In this document: one piece after another, positions 39,481 to 53,806 of the stretch
Numbering within the stretch: the first letter of the stretch is position 1
Layout: each line of letters opens with the position of its first letter
Assembly: GCA_050273025.1 (NCBI GenBank)
Contig: CP158635.1
Coordinates: forward strand, 20,832,001 to 20,896,000
Direction: 5' to 3'
DNA: 64,000 bases
Origin: Cenococcum geophilum
Lineage: Eukaryota
Notes under the pieces: model-generated
Seen by the model: only the letters and a program-made list of their open reading frames with translations
Databases searched by the model: none
What the model was told of the DNA's origin: nothing
Translations under genes and position numbers: made by a program

Positions 39481-40099
39481 ATTAGTATTTCTAATAAACC
39501 CTTACTAGTTTAAGAGGAAGGTTTCTATTTTAGGCCCTTAAACTAAGTAAGGGCTTAGTAAAAAATTCTTTTTTAGGTTCCTCTATATATAAACAGTTTT
39601 ACCCTCTTATTACCTAACAAGATTATATTATGCCGAGGCCTTACTAGAATCTTATTATAGCTTATAAGTCGCCAAAAAGCCTCTAAATAGGATTAGGACA
39701 TAAATCGTCTTTCTAGGATACGTTAGTAAACAAAACTGTAAATACTTTAGAGCAAGAAACCTACCTTTATAGCTATTTTAGTTATAAAAGGAAACCCTTA
39801 TTAGGCTAAATTAAGCCTAAACAGGATAAAAGAGTCTTAAATTAGCTCCTTTTAGAGCTAACTATACTAGGATTAGCTTCTAGTTAGTAATTAGTATTTA
39901 AGTATAAAACTCTCTTCCAATTATATACTCTTAAGAATTTTAATCTCTTAACCTCTTACTAGAAACTTCTATAGCCTTTTTAAGTAATCTTATTATCTAA
40001 AGACATTTAATCTCTATTTATTATGCTAAAGGGAAAGTACTTAGAAGAAACCGTATAATAACTCTATTAGTTAAACACCTAAGGAAGTACTTACAAACC

Positions 40100-41217
40100 G
40101 CCTAAGAACTACGCTATACTTAAAAAAAATCCACTATTAAGCCCAACTAGCTAATATAGTAGAGTTATTATAACTAGCGAATATAGTGGCTAAAAACACG
40201 ATAACTAATAGGTAAAGTTTGGTATATTAATTATTTTCTTTACTGCTGCTATCTACTGTGCAGTATTTAGGCTTCTGGTATTATTTAAACCAGAATTTAA
40301 GGATATAGGTATTATAACATTAAACGTAAGTAAATAGATTTATTTAATACCATCTTTAGTGCTCTTAAACTTATACCTAGTTATAGGTAAATTTAATAAA
40401 CTTTACTCTATTAATGGGGTTGTCCTATAAGCCGCAGGCTATAAGTAATATTTTCCAGCCTATTCCTAGCTAGGTTTAGAGTCTTATAGGCAGTAGTACT
40501 ACCTTAGTAGAGAGCGCGATTGGGGGTCCTACTACAGCTGCTCTAAGCGCTAGAAATATAGCCGCTTTAGTAATTAAGAGCGGTGTAAATATAGCTACGT
40601 TAGTAATTAAGAGCGGTGCGAATATAGCTACGTTAGCAATTAAAAGTAGTATAAATACTATTACTATAGCAGCTTAGAATATAGCAAATAACTTTATTAA
40701 TAAAAACATCCCTAGGAATCTATTAGTAGGGATAAAAAAGCTCTATCTTAAGTATGCTAACAGCATACAGGACTGCCATATATTACCTTTAAATATTTCC
40801 AATATTATACTAAAAGTTATTCTAGACTTACTGGGCGACGAAATCCAAACCCTTTAAAATTTAGAAGACTCTTTAGTAAACGCTGCCCTAGAAAACACCT
40901 AATACTCATTAATTATAAGACTTATATTTATATTTATTACCGCGGTAGCTTTATATTATTTAACTAGTTATCTTTAAAATCTTAGTATCTTAGTAAGACT
41001 AATAATTGGTTTGCTATCCGGTTTAGTATATTTTATTTCCTTTTTAGTGTTTACTATTATTTTATTTATCCTTTAGTCAAAGTTCCGGGCAATAATTAAG
41101 AAAGATTTGCCTTTAATTTTTAAAGTAGAGGTAGGTAAAGTAAGCAGGTATTATTTAGGAGCTCTTTACTATACTTTTATAATATTATTAACTAGTGCAT
41201 TAACGGCATTTGTTTAA
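40100..41217 (+). pseudogene. RIPed putative membrane protein gene with an internal 33-bp tandem repeat (~40555-40690)
   Basis: De-RIPed IPRNLSVGTKKLCLEY…DCHMLPLNIS followed by several hydrophobic segments. Confidence 0.45.
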
Positions 41218-41227
41218 GGTTTATATA

Positions 41228-41290
41228 ACGTCCGTCTCTAGGTTAAAAGACGCACCCTATTAAAAAAACAAATTTGCAGTTTTAACCTCT
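41228..41290 (+). mobile_element. Orphan pogo-type terminus
   Basis: TA|ACGTCCGTCTCTAGGT… resembles the 21328 TIR. Confidence 0.55.
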
Positions 41291-41863
41291 AAAGTCTCTT
41301 ACTTAGGAGTTAATAAAGTCATACTTAATGTCTTCTTATTCTTCGGCTATTTCTTTATATAGAAACCACTCTATAGCGAGAACATAACTGTAGTTGGTTA
41401 TACTATTAATCGTCCTATTAGTAGCGTTAAAAGCTACTTTAGCTATTCCCCCCTGCTCTATTATAACTATAGGCCTAAGTATAAATTTTAGAATCCTAGA
41501 TTAATAGCTCTATTAAAAAAAATATAATTTAAAAGTTTTAAGACACTCTACTTTTATAAACATATATTTGGGGAATTTCGCTAAGCGGAGGAGGGGTATC
41601 TACTAAGGCGTAATAATTTAGTACGTATTAATATGCATTAGCATGCTTATATTAAACTATATTTTTATAGTATTAATTTTAACACCATCCTATTTTTAGA
41701 ATATATTTTAGCATTATTATAGCGTACGCAATCTCTTCCCCGCTTCCTATTATGAAATATTTTAAATATTAACCACTACCTTAAACCCTTCTAAGACGTT
41801 TATAAATATTTATTAAATATATTGCAAGAGCATAGCAAACAAGATATACCACTATATATCTTT

Positions 41864-44800
41864 TGTAACGAAGCCTTATAGCAAGTACTACGATAGGCTC
41901 GTTAATGGGCTAGGTGTGTAGGTATTATAAGCAAGTTAATAACGTAATAACAACTAGTAGAGTGGTTGCCTAACAGATTAACTCTAATTATATTCTAAGA
42001 ATTACTACAAGGAAAGAACTATCTAGAGTAGGGACTATAGTCCTTTAAATACATAACCGTACTTTTAGAAAACCCTCCTTATACGTAAGGTATGCGTACT
42101 CTATTTACTTTATCGCAAATTATATAGATTATACAGATTATATAGATTATATTATATAACTTAGTTACCATTCCTTATTATATAGTTTTACCGGCTCTAT
42201 TTTAGACCGTACCTATATTAACTAACTAGCTTCTTCTAACTCCTCTCTAAGTAGTTATAATATTATACTTAAAGCGTCCGTAATACTATCTCCCTCCTCT
42301 TTATCTTCGTCCTTAAAGATTTTAAATATCTCTAAGTTATTTACTAAAGGTATAATATCCATCTAATTAATTTAGTTAATATTGTTACTTATTATACCTA
42401 AAGTAATTTCTTTTTCTTCTATAGTTTAACGTACTCGCACTATTACTGCTATACTATTACTAGGTAAAATAATACTATCTTTATATTCTCGTTATATAAA
42501 AAAGGGGTTAGTTTACGTTGCGCTAGTAAGCCCTTTATTTTAGTAACCTTCCTTTTATTTAGAGTGTACTAAAGCAAATATTTATTTATCCTATAACGTT
42601 TACTCTATTTCTAACGCTAAGTATATACGTTTTATAACTTTTAATAGTCTCTAAGTTCTCTAAGTAATTTATTATGGGGTTTTATATTTAATTTACTACT
42701 ATAAAGCTTAATAGTAAGCTCTTAAGCGCTCTTAATAAATTATATTAATCGCGAAAGGCGGAATAAAAGGCTATGGCTGCTTAATAGCGTGCCCTTAAAA
42801 CTCGTCTTCTAGCCTTTACTTATTTTCTACGTCTTAAACGGGTTTGTAAAAAGGTTTATTTTAAGAAGTAGAAACTTATAAAATAAGGTCTGCAGGAACT
42901 GGGTAATAAGAGAACTAACTCTCTTCCTATAAAGGGAATAACTCTAAGTAGTTCGGCAGTCGCTCTTCCTAGGTCCCCCTTAGGTAACTTATTTTTTAGC
43001 GATCCTTCTTTATTAATATTACCTAACCTATTTTCTTCCGATACTCTCCTATACCTTTCCTATAGCGTTCTTTAAATTTTTTAGTAGCTCCTAGGTAGTC
43101 TTGTTATAGCCTATCCACTTTACCTTATACTATATTTTATCATTAACGTCCTTATAACTAACGATCTTTAAAACTTACTATTTGTCTTCTTTTCGCCCTT
43201 TATACGTGTCTGCTTTATAAACTAGTAGCTTAATATTTCTATATACTGGCTTTAGCATTACAATATACTATATAGGGTAGATTCTTATTCTAGCTGGTAA
43301 GTTTAACTTAAATATAACTGGTAAAATCCTTTAAATAATTTTAAAAGGTCCTAGTCTAATATAGTCTAACTTCTTACTTAGTCGTTAACTCTTGAAATTT
43401 TTGTGTAGTAGCTATACTTTATCTCCCTCCTTAAGATCTAGTCCCTTAGATCTCTTAGCGTTATAGTATTTTTTTTATCCTTTACTATACTACTTTTGCT
43501 ATTTCCGTAAAGTTCTTATAAAGATTTATTAATATCTCTATTCTTTACTTTACTATACTACTTATCTTTTTTACTTAATATAGTGATAATAATGTCCTTA
43601 GCTCGTATCTATAATTCGCCTTAAATAGTAAAGTACCTATTCCTTTTTAAGGTATTATATTGTATATAAACTATATAATTAGTAATAGTAATACCTAATT
43701 ATTTTATACGTAATTAATATAGTGCCTTAGATACTACTCTAGTATCTAATTTAGTCTTTCTATTTAACTATCTATCTGCAGATAATATGCGGTAAAAGTT
43801 ACTGCTCTAACTCCTTACTCCGCTAAGAATACCTCCTAAAATACTGCTATAAATTTTAGATCTCTATCTAATATAATTTTACTTAATACTCTATATCTTA
43901 TAAATACTTCTTTAATATAGATTTTAGCGACATCTTCTGCTAATATTTCTTCTATATACGCTATAAAGTATCCCTACTTTATAAACTTGTCCACTATTAC
44001 TAAGATTATGTTATAATTTTACCCTATAATAGGATCTCTTAATTTTAGTAACTTAATAATAAAGTCCTATAATATAACCTCCTATAGTCTTTTTAGTATT
44101 TTAATAGGTTATAGCCCTCTATATAGCTTATGCCTTATTAGTTTATTCCTTTAGCAATTTAGATACTCTTTAATGACCTTCCTAGCTATCCTTTAGATTC
44201 CATTAATAATATACTCCTCTTAAAGTCTTAATACTAAGCCCGTAGCTCTATTATATCCTTAAGTTAGTTCCTTATAGAAATCTTCTATAAAGTGCTTTAC
44301 TATACTTCTTAGGATATACTTTACTTCTTAGTTTTCGTATATATCCGTTTATAGATCTTTTAGCTATATTTTTAGAATTTTCTATACCTAAAAGCTTTCT
44401 AGTAACTTATAAATTCTATTTAACTTATTTTCCTAAGTTACTGCGATCTTTAAATAATTGTATTTAATTAACCTATCTATATCTTTTTGCAGTAAAGCCC
44501 CTAATGGCTTTTTATTATTTTGTAGTTTAGCCTTTTAACTTAACACATTGGCCCGTATATTGTCTATACCCGTAATATACTAAATCTTAAAATAATATTC
44601 TATAAGCATCTCTGCCTATTTAACCTATCTTTAGTTAAGTTCCTTTATTATTAGGAATCCTATTAGGTTTTAATAATCCATTTTAACTATAAATAGTTTC
44701 TCCGTGCCTTATAAAAATGCTCTCTATTTCTTTAATACTATAACTATACCTAATAACTCCTTATTATAGATGTTATAGTTTAACTCTAGTAGTATTATTT

Positions 44801-46265
44801 TTTAACTATAGTATACTACTAGGTGCTATTTATCTAGATACTTTTATATAAAATATACCCCTAGTATAAAGTCTAATATATCTATTTCTATAACTATCTT
44901 TAGTCCTAATTAATAGATCTTAAGAACTAGCTCCTAGGTAAACAACTCTTTAACTCTCTTAAATAGTTTTTATTATTCCTTCCCCTATACCTACGGTTCT
45001 TCTTTTTTTGTTAGTTGTATAAATAGCTTAATATTCTTTAATTATTGCGCTATAAACCTTCTACAGTAATTGCAAAACCCTAAAAATAATCTTAACTGTA
45101 TAACATTCTCTAGTTCTTACTAATTTACTATAGCCTTAATCTTCCTTAGATCTATACTAAATTAGCTTAGTTTAATAATAAATCTAATAAAATTGGTCTT
45201 CCTAGTAAAGAACTCGCATTTTTTAATTGCTACTAGTATCTATTCTTCTTATAGTCTCTTTAAAACCCATTTAACGTGTTCTCCATATTCTTCCTTAGTT
45301 ATTAAATAGATAATAATATCGTTAAGGTATACCATAATAAATTTATCCAAGTATTCTCCTAATACATTATTAATTTGCTTTTAGAACATTGCTAACGCGT
45401 TTATAAGCCTAAATTATATAACCAATAGTTTATATAGTCCTTTTTTTAACTTAAAAGCTGCCTTCTATTTATCGCCTTTCTTACTCCTAATCTAATAGTA
45501 CGCCTATCTTAGATCTATCTTTATAAAGATTTGCATATTACCTATCCTATCTTAAATTTTGCTAATTAAGGGTAAAGGATACCTATCCTTTCTAGTAATG
45601 CTATTTAACTATTTATAGTTAATATACAGCCTTAGTTTGCCATTCTTCTTTAGTATAAATAGTACTGGATAACCCGCTAATAATTGTAATAGTCTAATAT
45701 ATTCCTTTTATAAGTTCTCCTAAATAAACTCTTTAAGTACTTTACCTTCTTTTTTAGTAAGCTTATAGATTGGAAAGAACCTTAAACTTATTCCTAGTTT
45801 TAATTCTATCTTATAGTCCTATATTATATACTTTAATAGCTTTTTACTTTCTAGTAACTATAGTTTCTTACTATACTTATAGTATCTCTTTAGTATATAG
45901 CTTAGCCCTTTTTCTGTTTCTTTATAGGTCGCTCCTACTTAGTACTATACTATCTTAGCTTGTTATTACATCCTACGGCGTTAAGTATTCTTAATATTAA
46001 CCTGACCTATAACCTAATTAATCTTTAGATTATATTCCTATAATTAAGGCATTCCTAATACTGCCTTATTATTCCCTAATAGTAATATATTAAAAGATAT
46101 CTTAATTTATCTTCCTTTAATGGTTAACTAAATAGGTCCTGTTTTAAGATTAATAATACCTCCTTTATAGGCTATTAAATCTCCTAAAATTGTTACTAAT
46201 AGGTAAGGATATTCCTTTTTCCTATATAGTAACCCTATTTTTTTTAACTACTATTAGCGAGATAT
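41864..46265 (-). mobile_element. 5'-truncated Ty3/Gypsy chromovirus: protease remnant, RT, RNase H, integrase, chromodomain and 3' LTR (41864-42285)
   Basis: VYLDDI (~45320), LGPFKI (~43345), YEVKWIGY…TWEP chromodomain (~43090-43125), PPT next to the LTR; LTR is the reverse complement of 54667-55088. Confidence 0.95.
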
Positions 46266-46479
46266 GATACCTTAACCCTTACGGCGCTTTATAGAAAGTT
46301 AATTAGGTTCTTCCCCTTAGTTTTAACTTCTCTATTCTTCTCCTTCTTCCTTATAAAGCACCCTCTTAGTCTTATAAACTTCTAATAAATATCTTCTAAC
46401 CTTAATGTTTTACTTTTGGTACTTATATATACCTCACCTTCCTAACTATAGTCCTATTCAGCAAGCCTGCCATAGATAC

Positions 46480-48060
46480 GTTATTTACTTATTATAATAA
46501 CTAAGTATCTTATAGAGCGGACGGGTTATTTTATTAACCATATATAAACAATTGTGGATATTTGCTAACGAGTAAAAGGATAATATTTATGTAAGTAAGC
46601 AAATGCTCTTAGTTAAAACCTTATCTAATTTATTATTAAGGGAGTATCTTAATATACACTATAAGCCCTATAAATGCGGGGGCTGTAAGTATAGCTTTTT
46701 AAGGTTATTTTATCTTAAAAAGCACCAAAACGGGCATCCTAAGTAGCATTTTAGTTGCTAATATAAGAGATATAAGTGCCTAAGGATAAAGCGCGTTAAG
46801 GGGTACCGCCATAATTTATTAGCTCCTACTACCTATAGCGCCTAAAGACGTTCTTAGAAGAAATTAAGTTCTAGAACACCAGTACTAGAAATAAAAGGTT
46901 TTGACACTAATACTATAAGTTAGGTAGATCTGCACTCCTATATTACCTTTAGTATCTATATAAATAGCTAATAATAGTTATAACAGTTAAGCCCAAAGCC
47001 CTCTATCTTACCCCTTCCCTATATAAAGAGCGCTCTTAGACCTTAAAAATTGATAATTTATATAGTATGGCCCTTTAGAGAGAGTATAAAGGTAACTAAG
47101 TCTGTATTAGACCTCCTAATACTACTACTAGCTTAATAAGTCTAATCTCCTTTCTAGAAATACCTAGTACTACCTATTAAAGCCCTAGTATAGAGACTAC
47201 CGCATAATAGTATAACTACAGGTATATACAATGCACGGCCTAATATAAAAGTTCCGTAAATTATAATTAATAGGGTGGCAAGTTTTCTACCTTCGCCGTT
47301 CCTCTTAGTGTATAGTTTATAAATAATAGCCGAATATAAAGTCTTATACTAGAATTACTTCCATTCTTAGGTACCAATTTTATATAAAAATAGCTTTAAC
47401 CTAGCTATATACCTACACCTACTATAACTCGCAGTAAGGATAATAAGTATATCTTACTATCTAGAAAGCCCTTTACCAGAAGTTACTTAGGCTTATTATT
47501 TATTCGCGGAATTTCTAGCTAAAGACCTAAGAAAAAAACTAGATAAAGTTCCTAAACAAGCTATAGACCTATAGGTAGCCTTAATACTCCTCTATTTAGA
47601 AATTTTTAAAAAAAGTTACTTAATCTACGCATTCTAGGAGCGTTCTACAGCTTATCTAGCGCTAAACTAGGTTATTAAAATAGCGATCAAGGCTATAGAT
47701 ACAATACCCACTTTTAAGAGTAATAATTTAGATAAGTAATAGAACTAATAGATTATAAAAGAATCAGCTTCTTAACTAGTCTTTAGGGCCTTTATATTTA
47801 ACTCCGCGGCCATTAAAAACGGACTCTGCACCTATACGTGGTGACGGCTACAAACCTAAGTCTTTAAAGTTTAGACTTAGAGCTAACGCAAAGACGTCAT
47901 ATAGCGTGCGATACGACCTAGTAGTAGTAGTGGGTATTATAGGCAGTGGTGAAAAGTTTTTACATAGGATGGTGAGATCTTAAAAACTACTACTAAGTGC
48001 CCCTTACGAATAACAGCAACACTATTCTTCTATTAAGGTACCTATACAATCTAATATAGA
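46480..48060 (+). pseudogene. RIPed C2H2 zinc-finger + fungal-specific transcription factor domain gene
   Basis: REHLNTHYKPYKCGGCEHSFSR…LKKHQNGH (~46640-46740); YFHSQVPILHKNSF (~47355); WNQWIMKES…LVFRAFIFD (~47740-47800). Confidence 0.65.
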
Positions 48061-48186
48061 TACGCGGCATTCAATAACATCCCCCGACCCCTAGTAAAGA
48101 GTATTAACGACCTCTTATGTTAATAAACGAGCGATTGTAAATAAACGAGCAATAAGCAAATATACGGCCCCTCCTAACCCTTAGGG

Positions 48187-48801
48187 CGATCGCCCGCGGA
48201 GCATACGGTTACTTACTACTAACTATTAAATACTACCTAGCAGCCTAGATAATACCGTACAGTTTTCCTATCTCCTCTTAAGGAGTGGTAACCCTTAGCG
48301 AGGGCCTAGTAACTAGGGCCTAGGTATAAAAGATACTTAGGCACACACGTCCCGCTCGCCTTTTAGTATAGTGGTAGTTTATAAATAAATCCCCCTTACG
48401 CCTTCAATAGGCCTTAGGGGGGGGAAGGCATGGCGTATATAGTAATAGTTAATAAGAGATAGCATATAGGGGGTGGTTAAAATACGGAACATAACCATAA
48501 GTATATAGTAATTAAACGGCAAGGCCTAGCTAGGATGTAGTAAACCCTAGCTAGGATAAGCTAGAGAAGGAAGCAGTAGTTTTTAAGAAGTTCGAACATC
48601 TAAGGAGGACAGGACGTAGCCGTAGGCCCGTAGGGCCGCCGCTATAGACGGACATGGCAAACCGGGGTTTTTTTATCCTACTAAGGTGGCTTATAGGGTT
48701 TTTCCTCCTTTAAACTGCAGGGTTTTCTTCCTATAAATTATAAGTTTTCCCCCTATAACGGAGTAGTCTGCGTGGGCCTAGATAGGATCCGTATCAGACG
48801 T
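48187..48801 (-). repeat. Right copy of the ~620-bp inverted repeat (partner 558-1192)
   Basis: …GGATCCGTATCAGACGT|TAA; collinear reverse-complement match with RIP changes and small indels. Confidence 0.9.
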
Positions 48802-51559
48802 TAATTAAGAATTACTACTATTTAACTCCGCCAACGCTATTATATTTAATTATCCTACTATTATACGTTACGATTACTTATGTTTAGGGGGACTACCGCT
48901 TCCTAATAATAGACTTTAGCTTATAATAAACAGTTTGGAGTTTATAAAGAGACGTATATTACCTTCCAACATCCATCCTATATTATTTTAGGGGGGTTTT
49001 TAAAACTTATTTAATAGTAAACCTATCACCATATAGTACTTTAGCTATATAATTTTAATAGTCAGCCTTTTTAGCAAAGGTAGGTTTAATAGCCAATACA
49101 ACTCTAAGCTTAGGCTCGCCTTAAACTCTTAGAATCGTTTTATCCAGTCTATCCCTAAATTAAAAAACTTATATAGCGTATAAGTATTACTTACTCTATA
49201 TTACATAGCTTAGATAGATATATATTTAACACTCTACCGCCCTTATACAACCTTTTACGCTTTAAAATTCTTAGTTAGTATATTTTAGCGGTCCTTTACT
49301 CTAGCTTACACCCTAAAAGATAATTTTTTACTTAACCGACTATTGGGACTTTATATAGCAGTGTTAATTACACGGACATTTATGTCTGCCCTTAAAAAGC
49401 TAGTTATAATTATAATAATTAAGAATAAAGAAGACCAAATTTAGGAATTTTTTAAATAGGTAGGTAGTATTAAGGATCTAGATAAGTTATAGTAAGCTAA
49501 TTAGAACGCATATCTCTAAATACTAAATTTAGTATCTAGCGGTACATAATAAAATCTGCTATATTTATAGCTTAACCCTCTGAAACTATGCCTAATAGTT
49601 ATAAAGTACCATTTACCCGGAAGGTATATAATAGGAAACCCTTATAAATGTTGCTTAATTAAGGGTTTTCCTTATTAGAGGAAGAAGTATTTATTAAGGC
49701 TAAGCTTCCTAGTTGTTGCTATAGCTAGAGATTAAAGTAGGCATCTAGATGTTAGTAACGGAGTTATAAAAGGGTAATATATAATTATAATTTACCTACT
49801 TTATAAGATACTGGAGCAATAGTTTACAATTTAAGTTAAGAAAATTAGGACTTGCTTTCTTCTATAGATAGGTCTATTTATAGGCCCCCTATACACCAAT
49901 GCTCTATAATTATTACAACTTCTAAACAACTATAATTTGTGTTTAGATTTACTGTTATATCTATTTATTTCTTAAGATACTTTTACAATTCCGTAATAAC
50001 TACACAGTAAGCCTAAGATTAGTAGCGCTAATATTATTCACTAAAGTAACCCTCGTGTGGGGTTAACGCAGTACTACATACTTTAAACTTCTTATATAAA
50101 TTAATAGGTACACACATCCTTTTTTAAAGCGCCTTTAAAAATACGGTTAGAACCTAGTAAAAAGAGGAAGTAAAGTTAAATAGAGCGATTTTATACAGGG
50201 ATAAGGAAACGCCATTACTATAGTAATAATGCGTTAGCGGAAATGTAGCATAGTTAACTCTAACGCTATCTCTTAGTACACCCTTTTAAATCTACTTATC
50301 CTAGCCTTTCCCTTTGTCCTTAATAATATATAATGCAGATTCCGTAGGGTAACCCTAATCTATACTACAGCTGCAGTCTTTATAAACTTTAACTGTCTAT
50401 TATATACCTGCCTATTTTATACTAATAGATCTTGTAGTCAATTTACGTATATACTATTTTATAGTCCTCTTATTAGAGCACAGCGGCCTATTTTATCGCA
50501 ATATCCTACTTCTTCATTTTACTATTATACTATATATAATTACACCCAGGTTTACTATAAGTGTACATACGGTAAGAGCTTAATGTATAAAGTACTACGA
50601 GACGTAAAAAAGATACCTAGTAAATATAGTTGCAATATAAGGAAAGCTATTATTATGTTATATATAGCTAACACTCTATTCTAGCAAATACCAGCTTAAT
50701 AAAAACTGCGGTAAGTTAACTATCTACTTTAAAGACTAAGGCTAATATAATAATTTCTAAGTAATTATAAAGACACGCCCTTAAAATTAAAGCCATAGGA
50801 GGGTTAAGTTGGTAGTTTGGGAATTAAGGGACGTTTATCTATTATTAAAATATAAAAGGTATATACGTATTTACCTAATATAGAAAAAGATATTATAAAC
50901 ATTTGGAGTAAGTTATATATTATTAGTATTCGTCTGTTTAATATTAGCATTCAATATAGCTTAGAGGGATTAAGAGCTATAGTGGCGTAGCTTTAATGTA
51001 GGCGAAGGGGTTAGATAACTAGTGGTGGCGAAGACCTTAGCTAAGCCTAGCTTAAATCCCGCGGCTTTTAGCGTACTAGGATCTATATTAAGCTGCCTTA
51101 TTATTAGGTTAAAAGGCATATAAAGACTAAAAGCTAGTATTAGAGAAAGGGGGTCTGTAGGATTAAAGTATTATAATCTTCGCTAGTATATCGTACTAGT
51201 TATGCCTTTATAAAGCCCGTATTAAATAGCAGTAGGTTAATTAAGGCCATAATAGCGTAGATTTTAGGATAGATAAACCCAGACAGTATAATCTAGAAGA
51301 CATAATCTTTACCTCCTAAGCAATATAAGGTAAATTTGCGTAAAGTCTCTAGGTCCTAATTAACTCGACTAATAAAGGTAATATAGGCCTAAAGAGGCGG
51401 ATTAACCTACTAGAGTTAGGTATTAATGGCCCTATAGATAATACCTTACTTTAAACAAATAATATATAATTAGGATAAATCTAAAATTATTAGTCCCGCC
51501 GATTATAGTTTAGCGTATAAGGGCGCTAGCCGGCTTAGCGTTCTATTAGTTATATTCCG

Positions 51560-53350
51560 CCATTTCGCTTCTAACCTAGCGGCTATATAAATAAGCTATA
51601 AGCCCCTTTAATTTCACTAACTATAGCTAGCCGCTAAAAACCTATAGGCGCCTAAAGAAGACTACGGTCTTTAGCATAATAAGATAAAGGTACGCTCCCT
51701 TTACTAGTTTATAGTAGCAGTCCAATCTAATCCTTTATAGAAAAACGGCCTTAAGGCATTAAGAAAGAAGAACTATAACGAGTCTAAAGAAGCGTACGCC
51801 TTAAAGGCATCTTATAGCTTTAAAAAAGTAAGAATAAAAAGCCTATATAGAAATACTCATCCTTTTTAACAGAGGAGGTACGTCTATATTTGTTTAGTAA
51901 ACTACTACTTAAGGCTAACTTAACCGCCTGGTTATAGAATTACCCGCCTCCCCTACTATTATAGGGCTAAAAACAACCCCAAGAAGCGGAAACCCTAGAA
52001 AATTATATCTTAGTTAAGCGGCCTTAAAAACGTCCTCAATCTTTGCCCGTAGGCCCTTCTTTTAGGTAAATATTTAGTTAAAAGGTAGCTAGCGCTATTA
52101 ACGCATCTAAGAGAAGTTATATTAGATATTAAGTAAGGAAGATATTTGGCTAAAGGAGTTCTTCTAGTAAGACGATTAAAATAACAGTATATTATACTTA
52201 TTTGCGAGGAAAACACCTTTTCTTCGCCGTAAATAGTTAGACTCTAGCTTTATTATTTTTACAACTTTAAGCAACTAAAGGCTAAGAGAGAAAAAAAGTA
52301 CTATATATAACAATCTAGGCTATAAAACTATGCTTTAGACCCTAGGCGGGTTTTATATAAATAATTATAAGCTAGGTATCTTGGATAAAAGTAAGAGCCT
52401 CTATTATAAATTACTTAAAAAGAAGTATATACTTCTAGAAAATATGGTATTCTACTATAGGGCATTTAATAAAGCTTATTAGAAACTGCGAGGCAAGAAT
52501 AAAGTAAGGATTATTTAAGATATTAGTTAACTGCTTATTCCCTCTATAGAAACCCTTACTACACTTAGCAATAAACGCTTTAACATTTTAGCCAAAAGTA
52601 TTAATAAGGGCTAGAACAATTCTATACCTATAATAAAACCTTAGCTATAGCTAGATTACACTACTGGCTTCGGGCGATCTACCTTCTTAAATAACTATTT
52701 TAGCAAACTTTAACCTATATTAGGCAATCCTTTATACGTATTATATTTTATAGCCACTTACTATATACACTTTCTATTTCTAATAAGTGAAGTAAAATAT
52801 AGCACTACGGGACTTAAGATTGTAGATTAATAAAACGTATATAGCATAAAACTTATAATAAGAGGTATTATTAAACTTTTTAAATTAGTAAAGAGGGAGA
52901 ATAAACTCTATAGGGAAATTTTAACTTTTTTAATTTCTTATAATTACCGAACAGTACGGCTATATAGCTACTACCCTATTATTAATAGAATTAAGTTTAT
53001 AACTTACTGTCATCTAATTTACACCTTTAATATCTTACTACTTAGCAGTAAGGAGAGATGGACAAAATATAATTTCACGGTAAAGGCTTATATTAAGTCG
53101 CTTACTCTTCTAAAGAAGATCTATTCCGTTATTAATAAGTTACCATCTAACTTTAATCTTAAATACTCTTAATAATTTAAGCTACAACCATCGGAGCACT
53201 TTAGACTTTCGCAGCAATCTAAAAACCAGATCTTAATACTAGGAAAATAAAATAGTAAGTTAAGCTACGCTAACTTATAACTAATTACTCTGGAAATATT
53301 AACATAAATAGCCTCTAAAAAGCAGAAGAAGGGACCTAATACTACAGCTA
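51560..53350 (+). pseudogene. RIPed DUF7924-like (PD-(D/E)XK-fold) fungal protein gene
   Basis: PQLDYTAGFGRSTF (~52650), FPFLTSEVKCG…IADRQNAHSM…ELFKLVKRENELHREILTFSISHD…VRLYGHYPII (~52770-52985). Confidence 0.75.
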
Positions 53351-53556
53351 GAAGATTAGTAGGATAAAGCTTTAGAATAGAGGGCAAAGCTATTATATAA
53401 GTTGCGTCTCCTAAACAGCGCTTAAGGGGGTCTATTTCGGGCCACCTTTATCTAGTAACTATAAAAAGCTAAGGGCGGTAAGGAAGGTAATAATGTTAAT
53501 AAAACGCTGTGCCATAAGCCTGTAGTAGTAGAATTAACCTCGGTAGGGAAGCCCTA

Positions 53557-53806
53557 ATATCCCTCCCTATGTTATAAGACACCCTCTATACCAAGATATA
53601 TAAGGGGTACTTTAACTTTAAGCAACTTAGTTTTTTCACATATATTAATATTTGCCATAGTTCTATAGTTATAAGTTATATACTATAGCTATTTATAAAT
53701 ATCTAAGACCCCTCCTACCTAAAAATTACGTTTATATTATTACCTTTACGCTTAAGTTATAAAGAACCTTTTTTTCGCGTATAATAGTGTTCCTTCGCTG
53801 CAGCAC
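53557..53806 (+). mobile_element. Second copy of the left end of the pogo element (matches 21328-21575)
   Basis: TA|ATATCCCTCCCTA… (ACGT after reversing transitions) then ATAAGGGGTACTTT(G/A)ACTTTAAGCAACTTA… up to GTTCCTTC…CAGCACT. Confidence 0.8.

Noticed and set aside
47000..47813. Minus-strand gene reading out of the right inverted repeat (MuDR mudrB-like arrangement)
   Set aside because: The plus strand gives a coherent C2H2 + fungal TF domain reading instead
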